Assembly (NCBI GenBank): GCA_046290225.1
Contig: JBKAGE010000078.1
Location: 128,001 to 192,000, forward strand
Reading direction: 5' to 3'
DNA length: 64,000 nt
Source of the DNA: Bradymonadia bacterium
Lineage (GTDB): Bacteria > Myxococcota_A > Bradymonadia > UBA7976 > UBA1532
Part shown: positions 28,227 through 35,671 of the stretch, piece after piece
How the letters are laid out: the number at the start of each line of letters is the position of its first letter
Position numbering within the stretch: position 1 is the first letter of the stretch
Made by a program: the position numbers and the translations under genes
The notes under the pieces: model-generated
Seen by the model: the letters and a program-made list of their open reading frames with translations, nothing else
Databases searched by the model: none
Told to the model about the DNA's origin: nothing

Positions 28227-30572
28227 ATGAAGACGTGTCCCAGCTGCCAGGCTCTGTGTGAGCCTGAAGCCAGGTTCTGCCTGGAATGTGGTGAAGCCCT
28301 GGATATGGGGCCCATCGCTGATCCCCAAGATGATCCTTGGCAGGGTCGGGTTGTGGCCGGACGCTTTCAGATCATTGAAAAACTCGGCGATGGCGGTATG
28401 GGTGAGGTGTTCCTCGCCGAGCAGACCACCATGGAGCGCCGGGTGGCCCTCAAGGTACTCCGGCAAGAGCTCTGCGCTGATCCTCAACAAGTGGAGCGTT
28501 TCAAGCGGGAGGCCCAGGCGGCGAGCCGACTGTCTCATCCCAACACCATCATCGTGCACGATTTCGGTCTCGACGAGGGTGGGGTGCTCTTCATCGCCAT
28601 GGAGTTTCTCGAGGGCCAGACGCTCGATCAGGTGCTCGCCTCAGTCGGCGCCCTCGATCCCGAACGGGCAGTGCGGATCCTCGTACAGGTGTGTGCCTCT
28701 CTCGAAGAAGCCCATGCTCAGGGCGTGATCCACCGGGATCTCAAGCCCGAGAACATCTTCCTGACGCGCCGTGGTCAGACCGACGACTTCGTCAAGGTCC
28801 TCGATTTCGGCATCGCCAAGGTGCAGCGCAACGCTCAGGGGGGTCAGATGAGCAAGCTGACCCGCACCGGCGCGATCTTCGGTACCCCTCAGTACATGTC
28901 ACCGGAGCAGATCCGCGGCGAAGATCTCGACGCGCGCTCTGATGTCTATGCCATGGGGGTCATTCTCTACGAGGTGCTCTCCGGGCACCTGCCCTTCAAA
29001 GCGAACTCTGCGGTGGAGATGCTCACCAAGCACCTCTCTGAAAAACCGCCCCCGATCGAACAGCCAGGAGCCGACCAGGAGATCATCGCCCACTTGCAGG
29101 CGATCTCCATGCGTGCGTTGTCGAAAGATCCTTCACAACGTCACACCTCGGTCCGGGCATTTATGGAGGACCTGATGGCTGCTATTCCTTCGTTCTCGCT
29201 GCCCACGATGACCGGCATGGCCCCGGCCACCGCCGGCATCGCCCCTGCCACCATCCCTGTGGAGGTGGTCCTGCCTGCGCCTGGCGCTGACGAGCGCAAG
29301 CGCGCACCCATGATGGTCGCTCTGCTGGCGCTCCTCGTCGCTGGCGGCAGTGCTGCCTGGTACATGACCCAGGGCAGCGGCGGCGGTGGCGGCGGTGGCT
29401 TCGACGCCGGTCGCGCAGCCCCTGCGGCGCTCTACCAGGATGGTGAGGGCGAGGTCGACCCCGCCAAGGCCGAGGCCGACGCCAAGAAGGCTGAGGAAGA
29501 GGCCAAGAAGGTCGAGGCCGAGGCCGCCAAGGCCAAGGCTGAGGCCGAAGCCAAGGAGAAGGCCGCTCAGGCGGAGATCGAGAAGGCCAAGGCCGCTGCT
29601 GCAGCTGCTGCCGACGAGAAGGCCAAGGCTGAGGCTGAGGCCGCCGCCAAGAAGGCCGAAGAGGACAAGGCCAAGGCCGAGGCTGAGGCCAAGGCTGCCG
29701 AGGAAGCCGCAGCTGCAGCCAAGGTAGAGGCCGAGGCCGCCAAGGAAGCTGCCGACGCCGCCAAGGAGGCCGAGGCCGAGAAGAAGGAGCAGGTCCAAGA
29801 GGCCCCCAAGGACGACGCAGAGGCCAAGGCTCTCGCCGCCAAGGCTGAGGCTGAGGCCAAGGCTGCCGCTGAGGCCAAGGCCAAGGCCGAGGCTGAGGCC
29901 AAGGCCAAGGCTGCCGCCGAGAAGGCTCAGGCTGAGGCCGCCAAGCGCGCCGAGGCCGAGGCCAAGGCCGAGGCCGCAGCAGCGGAGAAGGCCAAGGCCC
30001 AGGAGGCCAAGCTGAAGGCCGAAGCCGAGAAGCTCGCCGCAGAGGCCAAGAAGGCTGAGGCCGAGGCCGCCAAGGCCAAGGCTGACGCAGATCGCAAGAA
30101 GGCCGAGGAGGCCGCCGCCGCCGCCAAGGCCAAGGCCGACGAGGCTAAGGCCAAGATGGACGCCGAGGCTCAAGCCCGCGCTGCCGCCGAGAAGGCCGCC
30201 GCGGAGTCCAAGGCCAAGGCCGAGGCGCTGCAGGCCGAGCTCGATCGCATCGCTGCGGAGAAGGCCAAGGCTGAGGAAGAGGCCCGCATCGCCGAAGAGA
30301 AGCGTCAGGAGGCCCTCGCCCGTCGCAAGGCCGCCAAGGCCAAGAAGCGCTACGTCAAGAAGGCCAGCCGTCTCTCTCGGGTCTTCGTGAAGACCAAGAG
30401 CCGTAAGGTGCGCATCTACGTCGACGGCCGCTTCCGGGGCACCACCCCGATGAAGGGCATCAGCATCAAGGCCGGCAAGCACACCATCGAGGGGCGCCTC
30501 GGCAACAAGAAGACCAAGCGCAAGGTCACCATCAAGGGCGGCAAGGTCCAGCACGTGAAGCTGAGTATCTGA
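28227..30572 (+). CDS. Membrane Ser/Thr kinase: zinc ribbon - kinase - TM - TolA-like A/K/E helix - PEGA domain
   Basis: CPSC..CLEC; LGDGGMGEV, HRDLKPEN, DFG, YMSPEQ; TM at about 29308-29367; IYVDGRFRGTTP..GKHTI (PEGA). Alternative start 28209. Confidence 0.92.
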   Translation: MKTCPSCQALCEPEARFCLECGEALDMGPIADPQDDPWQGRVVAGRFQIIEKLGDGGMGEVFLAEQTTMERRVALKVLRQELCADPQQVERFKREAQAASRLSHPNTIIVHDFGLDEGGVLFIAMEFLEGQTLDQVLASVGALDPERAVRILVQVCASLEEAHAQGVIHRDLKPENIFLTRRGQTDDFVKVLDFGIAKVQRNAQGGQMSKLTRTGAIFGTPQYMSPEQIRGEDLDARSDVYAMGVILYEVLSGHLPFKANSAVEMLTKHLSEKPPPIEQPGADQEIIAHLQAISMRALSKDPSQRHTSVRAFMEDLMAAIPSFSLPTMTGMAPATAGIAPATIPVEVVLPAPGADERKRAPMMVALLALLVAGGSAAWYMTQGSGGGGGGGFDAGRAAPAALYQDGEGEVDPAKAEADAKKAEEEAKKVEAEAAKAKAEAEAKEKAAQAEIEKAKAAAAAAADEKAKAEAEAAAKKAEEDKAKAEAEAKAAEEAAAAAKVEAEAAKEAADAAKEAEAEKKEQVQEAPKDDAEAKALAAKAEAEAKAAAEAKAKAEAEAKAKAAAEKAQAEAAKRAEAEAKAEAAAAEKAKAQEAKLKAEAEKLAAEAKKAEAEAAKAKADADRKKAEEAAAAAKAKADEAKAKMDAEAQARAAAEKAAAESKAKAEALQAELDRIAAEKAKAEEEARIAEEKRQEALARRKAAKAKKRYVKKASRLSRVFVKTKSRKVRIYVDGRFRGTTPMKGISIKAGKHTIEGRLGNKKTKRKVTIKGGKVQHVKLSI
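29460..30345 (+). repeat. Low-complexity Ala/Lys/Glu coding repeat (AKAEAE)n
   Basis: Runs of GCC/GCT, AAG and GAG codons over about 885 bp. Confidence 0.9.
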
Positions 30573-30673
30573 GCTCGTTCTGACCCCCACATCGCAACCG
30601 CCTGCCATCCGACCCCGCTCTGGGGTATCTTTCCTCCTGCCGCAGTGATCACCCCTCCCCCGTCGGGTTTGAT

Positions 30674-32035
30674 ATGACGAGACCCCTCTGGTGGGCCCTC
30701 TGGATCATCTGGCCGCAGTGCGCCCTTGGCGCACCTGCAGTCGCTGATGATTTTGAGCAGTTCACCCTCAGCTCTGCTCAGATGCATCCCCAGGTGGAGA
30801 CTTGGGGTCCCGATTGCGGGCCGAGGCCCACAGTGGAGCAGCTGCCCACCTCTGGTCGCTATCGTTGGGGTGCAACGGGTCTGGTCGCCCTTGACGGTGC
30901 CCCACCGTTGATGACTGCGCAGACGTGCTCGGCGGTGACCAGGGTGCCGAATCTGAGGGGTCAGGTCGTCAGTCGTCGTCGGGTGATGTGCAAGGCGGCG
31001 CAAGGCGCCGAGCAGCAGACATCAGGTCAGGCGATCCTGACGGAGCTCGATGGTGGCGCATTGAAGGTGGAGCACACCTTTGACCATCGCTGGCGACTCA
31101 AAGGATCTCAATGTGCTCTGCGACAAACCTTCACCTGGCACTTAAAGCCTGTAGCGGCGCCTATTTCAGTCACCGCCGCCCCCTTGAGCGCGGAGGCACC
31201 GCCCCCTGCTCCGACCATCGCAGAAGTGGAGAAGACAAAGCGAGCGCCTTCACCTCGCAAGGTAAGTCAACTCCGACCTCGCCCGATCTCGGCTGAGGCC
31301 CTCACCGAGCTGACCCCAGTGACTCAGTTGTCGGGCGATGATGCGGAGTCAGGCCGACTCGCCACCCCAGGCGATGCAGTGGAACTGGCATCGAAGGTAG
31401 ACACAGAGGCACCGGAAGACACTGATGGCCTGCTCTGGGTCTTCGTGGGGCTCATGATCGCCATCACGCTCATGGGTGTGTATCTGTTGTGGCGCACTGT
31501 GCCCAAGAAGAAGGGCCACCACCCTCTCTCTCGAGACACGGTGGATGAACTTCGAGCTGCGGCAGTGCCAGGGGGGGTCGAGCCCTCGTCTTCCACTACG
31601 GGCAGCATGATGATGTCCGATGCAGGCCTGCTCGGCGCTCAAGGCCTGAGCGAAGCTACGACCACAGCGGTTCAGGCCACCGTCTCCCCAACCTCAACCC
31701 CTGATCAGACGGTGTGCCCCCACTGCAGACGGCGCTACGACAACCAGACCTCTTTCTGCCCCCATGACGGGCACCCGTTGGAGTGGGTCACTCAGGCCGA
31801 CGGGTATGATGACGACGAAGAAGCCGAGATGCCCCAAGGACATCAATGCGGACTCTGTCTTCAGATCTGGCCGAGCACCTTGACCCATTGCCCGGACGAC
31901 GGCATGCGCCTCGAGGTGGCTCAGAGCCACGCCTCTGACATCGTCGCTCGAATTTGCCCTCAGTGTGGTGCACGCAGTGACGAGAGCTTCAGCTTTTGTC
32001 CCCTCGATGGCGCCGCCCTCGTGAACTTGAACTGA
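30674..32035 (+). CDS. Single-pass membrane protein with three C-terminal CxxC..CPxDG zinc ribbons
   Basis: Signal peptide; WGPDCGPRP ectodomain; TM GLLWVFVGLMIAITLMGVYLLW; CPHC..CPHDG, CGLC..CPDDG, CPQC..CPLDG. Confidence 0.7.
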   Translation: MTRPLWWALWIIWPQCALGAPAVADDFEQFTLSSAQMHPQVETWGPDCGPRPTVEQLPTSGRYRWGATGLVALDGAPPLMTAQTCSAVTRVPNLRGQVVSRRRVMCKAAQGAEQQTSGQAILTELDGGALKVEHTFDHRWRLKGSQCALRQTFTWHLKPVAAPISVTAAPLSAEAPPPAPTIAEVEKTKRAPSPRKVSQLRPRPISAEALTELTPVTQLSGDDAESGRLATPGDAVELASKVDTEAPEDTDGLLWVFVGLMIAITLMGVYLLWRTVPKKKGHHPLSRDTVDELRAAAVPGGVEPSSSTTGSMMMSDAGLLGAQGLSEATTTAVQATVSPTSTPDQTVCPHCRRRYDNQTSFCPHDGHPLEWVTQADGYDDDEEAEMPQGHQCGLCLQIWPSTLTHCPDDGMRLEVAQSHASDIVARICPQCGARSDESFSFCPLDGAALVNLN

Positions 32036-32051
32036 AGGCGCTGGGAGTCTT

Positions 32052-32789
32052 ATGCACGACGCACCGACAGCGGGCATCATCCTCATCGGCAACGAGCTGC
32101 TCAGCGGCAAGATCGTCGATCAGAACGCCGCCTACCTCACCCGGCGCCTGCACGGCCTCGGGGTGATGGTGCGCCGGGTTGTCATCATTCCGGATGGTGT
32201 TGATCTCATCGCTGAGGAAGTCAGGGTCTTCTCCGAGCAGTTCGATCACGTCTTCACCAGCGGTGGAGTGGGACCGACCCACGATGACATGACCATTGCC
32301 GGTGTGGCCCGAGCCTTCGGTGTGTCCGTAATCACGGATCAGACTCTCGCAGACATCCTCACCGGACACTTTGGTGATCGCCTCACCGAGGCGCACATGC
32401 AGATGGCCACGGTGCCTGATGGGGCTCACCTCATCCATGGCGGCGAAATCACGTGGCCAGTGGTGTCGATGCGCAATGTGTATGTGCTGCCCGGTGTGCC
32501 CCAGATCTTCCGGGCGAAGATCGAGACCATCATCGAGCGCTTTCGACACAAGGAGATGGTGCTCCAGGCCTTGCTGCTCAATGCCGACGAGGGCGAGATC
32601 GCAGCCCACCTCGCCGAGGTCGAAGTGCAGCACAGCGTGAGCATCGGCAGCTACCCTCGCCTCGATCGTGACTCAGATCATCGTGTGAAGGTCACTGTGG
32701 AGAGTCTGGACGGCGCAGCAGTGGAGGCAGCCATTCAGGCGCTGCTGGACAGGCTCGACGCCACCTCAGTGGTCCGCGTCGAGCGCTGA
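32052..32789 (+). CDS. CinA N-terminal / molybdopterin-binding-domain protein (COG1058-type pyrophosphatase)
   Basis: IGNELLSGKIVDQN, TSGGVGPTHDDMT, LPGVP, IGSYP. Confidence 0.88.
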   Translation: MHDAPTAGIILIGNELLSGKIVDQNAAYLTRRLHGLGVMVRRVVIIPDGVDLIAEEVRVFSEQFDHVFTSGGVGPTHDDMTIAGVARAFGVSVITDQTLADILTGHFGDRLTEAHMQMATVPDGAHLIHGGEITWPVVSMRNVYVLPGVPQIFRAKIETIIERFRHKEMVLQALLLNADEGEIAAHLAEVEVQHSVSIGSYPRLDRDSDHRVKVTVESLDGAAVEAAIQALLDRLDATSVVRVER

Positions 32790-32792
32790 CAC

Positions 32793-33731
32793 CTACTTGC
32801 CGCTGACGAAGTAGTCAGTGCGATCTTTGATCAGCACATTGAAGGTGGTGAGGCTGCCGTAGCAGCGCCTGAGGTAGGTGGCCATGGAGTCGGCCTCGTC
32901 AGGCACCACGTGGGGGTGCGCCGAGATGATCTCCTCGAGGGCGTAGAGCTGATCCCTGAGCAACATCAAACGTCGATAGAAGGCCTGCATCGACTCCTCG
33001 ACGGTGTTCTGCTCCACGATGTACCGCACCTTGCCACCGGCCCAGCGCTCGCCCATGTCGGGCACCTTCCGCGTCAGGCTGCTCCACCAGACCTCTTCGG
33101 TGAGCTCTCGCAACACGCGGGCTGCGGGGGTCTCTCCAGGGGCGAGCATCCACTGAGTGGCCAGCCGGGTGATGGCGCCATGGCACACGGTGATGCGCCG
33201 GTCGATCTCGAGCTTCTCCACGTCGTGCAGCTGGCTGTGGCTGTTGATCTTCTGCTCGAGCACCCGAAGGTTGTCGCGCATCATCACCAGCTTGTGGAAG
33301 AAAGTGTCGAGGGCAATCTCTTTGATTTTGAGACTCTCGTCGGCGGGCGTCAGGTGCATCACCCCCCCGGCCCAGGTGCGGCCGGTGTCTCGGGATGTGA
33401 CCAGCGTCGACTCCCCGAGGTTGGCCGTCAGATGTACCTTCAGCGCCCCTGCATCGAGGGCCGACAAGGCGATCTGAATGGTCTCTGCAGGCACATCTAC
33501 GGGATCGATGACCACGCCACCGCTGCTGCTGGAGCGACGACTTGAGCGTCGGCGGCTGGAGTCCACCACGACGGGTGGGTTGAGATCACCATGGCGGGAG
33601 AAGGAGGGGCATGCCCGGGTCGATTCGGGGATGACCCCCATGAGCTTCTCGAGACGACAGCGACCGAGGCGGCCATCATCACGGGTGCGCGTCTCTCTGA
33701 AGAACCGACAGCCACCGCAGTGCTGCTCCAT
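32793..33731 (-). CDS. Hypothetical protein: N-terminal 4-Cys cluster plus an internally duplicated helical domain
   Basis: GGAGG RBS; CGGC..C..C; two copies of W.GG...FF/FY.(K/R)L...RD.L..LE..I..H. Confidence 0.7.
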   Translation of the reverse strand: MEQHCGGCRFFRETRTRDDGRLGRCRLEKLMGVIPESTRACPSFSRHGDLNPPVVVDSSRRRSSRRSSSSGGVVIDPVDVPAETIQIALSALDAGALKVHLTANLGESTLVTSRDTGRTWAGGVMHLTPADESLKIKEIALDTFFHKLVMMRDNLRVLEQKINSHSQLHDVEKLEIDRRITVCHGAITRLATQWMLAPGETPAARVLRELTEEVWWSSLTRKVPDMGERWAGGKVRYIVEQNTVEESMQAFYRRLMLLRDQLYALEEIISAHPHVVPDEADSMATYLRRCYGSLTTFNVLIKDRTDYFVSGK

Positions 33732-33877
33732 CACACCTCCTCTGATCTGCACACAATGACTCAGCCCGACGAGTCACCGTATTCGAAGCTATCCCACCTG
33801 AGATCATGGCGCTACCCCCTTCCCCAAGGCAGAGCGATCGCACACAGATGTGCTGTGGCTCCGGGCTGGCCCCTGCA

Positions 33878-35671
33878 TCAGCGGGTCTCCAGGCTCTTCG
33901 GGCGGAGCGTCCACTCCACGGCTGGGCGCTTGCCCTCTCTCTCTGGCCGCTCGACCTGCCACACAAGTCCGGTCCAGCCATCGCGGTTCAGAGGTGTGGG
34001 GCTGGGCAAGGCCCGATCTGGGCTCACACTGAGTTGCTGATCGGGGCGGTGAAGAATGATCACCCTCGACGGCAACGCGCCGAAGAACTCAGGCACGTCG
34101 ATGCGCCCGGAGGTGGCGGCGGACGCCTTCTCCACCCACGCCTCCTGATGCAGGCCTCTCTCGAGAGGCAACGAAAGGAGCACTTCAGCCTCAGGGGGAG
34201 CGCCCTGCTCCGGCCCCGAGACGACCCGATGACTCAGCCGCCAGACGGCCTGCGTGTCGATCACGACGAGTGTGGTGGATCCTTTGGGGATATTCAGACT
34301 GTCGTGCTCCAGGATCTTCGACCAGCGGGGTTCGAGTGCAGGCGGGCGGGTACGCCAGCTTGCAACCTCGCCACCCCGAACAGCGGCCTCCTCCTTCGCC
34401 GTCTCTGCCCATGCCTGGGCCTCGTTGAGGTGCCAGAGACGCGCGAGGGCATGCCAGGGGCGCGGATCTCGAGGCACCTCTTCAGTGAGTGTTTTCAGTA
34501 TGGGGAGCGCGATCTGAGGTGAGGTGTCTGTCTGCAACCGGGCTACGGTCAGCCTGCTCTGAGCTGTGGTGTAGGGTCCTGCGCTCAGCACCGCCAGCGC
34601 ACGCCAGCGGCTGAGGGGCTTCTCCGCGCCAGCCCCTTCGAGCATGTTCATCGCTGCAGCCCACTGCCCGTCGGCATCGAGTGGCCACCTACGCCGCCAA
34701 CGCTCAACCATTTCATGGCGCAGGTCAGAATCACCCAAGAGCGGATCCGCCGCCCACCACCAGGCTTGCCGCAGGGCGGTCCACGCCCCTGGCCGGCGCG
34801 CCTGAGCTTCCAGCAGATCACTGTAGGTGCCTCTTGGCGTGCTCTCGACGGTCATGGGCGACATCGGTCGCCCGTGGGCCCCGTCGCTGCACTGGGGCAG
34901 AGGCCCAGGTGTTTCGCTCAGCAACCAGAGGGTGACGGGGGCATCCTGAGCGACGACGTCGAGACCTGCACCGCCAGCGCCCAGAGCCAACTGGCGCCAC
35001 AGGAAGGCAGCCCCCTGTTCTGAATGCTCGACGAGTTGCACGTCACCCCAGGTGATCTCCACTGGCCCTCTAGGCGAGCTCACCGCCAGGTGACCACGCC
35101 AGGGTGCGTCGAGTGTGCATCGCCAGTGTCCGGTGCTCACGGACAACCAGGGTACGGGGCGCCCCTCTGCAGGCAGCCTCGCCTCGAGCCAGGGCGTGAG
35201 CACAGCCAGCAACTTCACCTGGGGGTGTAGAACATTCCATGCCTCAGACACGGCATCAGGCAGCAGCTTTGGGCTGGGCCAGCCATCAGCGACCATCCGC
35301 CGCGCCACCGCGAGCAGCACAGCGGACTGAGGAGACGCCGGCTTCTCTCGGATGGCCCTCGAGGCTGCTGCGTCGAACTGCTCTGGTGCCCCAGCCATGG
35401 CTGCTCTGATGGCGATCCGGGCGTGGGCTTCTGGTGTGTCCAGGACCCGAGCCACGACGTCTGCCTGCTCGGGCGCGTCGCCATGAAAATCCAACAGCGA
35501 TTCCAAACGCCGCAGGCCCACCGGGCCCAGACTGCCATCGACGAAGTGGGCGGCCCTCAAGGACTCCATCTCCACCTGGAGAGGCTCGGGCTGCTCGTGC
35601 GCTGGTGGACGCTGTGGTGCGCCGCAGCCCAGCATCTGCAGTGTCACGCAGGCAATCACCAGCCACCTCAT
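33878..35671 (-). CDS. Hypothetical lipoprotein with TPR-like helices
   Basis: ATGA overlap with the upstream gene; lipobox MLGC; P.DPRPWHALARLW TPR-like segment. Confidence 0.55.
   Translation of the reverse strand: MRWLVIACVTLQMLGCGAPQRPPAHEQPEPLQVEMESLRAAHFVDGSLGPVGLRRLESLLDFHGDAPEQADVVARVLDTPEAHARIAIRAAMAGAPEQFDAAASRAIREKPASPQSAVLLAVARRMVADGWPSPKLLPDAVSEAWNVLHPQVKLLAVLTPWLEARLPAEGRPVPWLSVSTGHWRCTLDAPWRGHLAVSSPRGPVEITWGDVQLVEHSEQGAAFLWRQLALGAGGAGLDVVAQDAPVTLWLLSETPGPLPQCSDGAHGRPMSPMTVESTPRGTYSDLLEAQARRPGAWTALRQAWWWAADPLLGDSDLRHEMVERWRRRWPLDADGQWAAAMNMLEGAGAEKPLSRWRALAVLSAGPYTTAQSRLTVARLQTDTSPQIALPILKTLTEEVPRDPRPWHALARLWHLNEAQAWAETAKEEAAVRGGEVASWRTRPPALEPRWSKILEHDSLNIPKGSTTLVVIDTQAVWRLSHRVVSGPEQGAPPEAEVLLSLPLERGLHQEAWVEKASAATSGRIDVPEFFGALPSRVIILHRPDQQLSVSPDRALPSPTPLNRDGWTGLVWQVERPEREGKRPAVEWTLRPKSLETR

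Noticed and set aside
29133..30608. 491-aa Leu/Gly-rich minus-strand ORF resembling a membrane protein
   Set aside because: Mirror of the AKAEAE repeat in the kinase.
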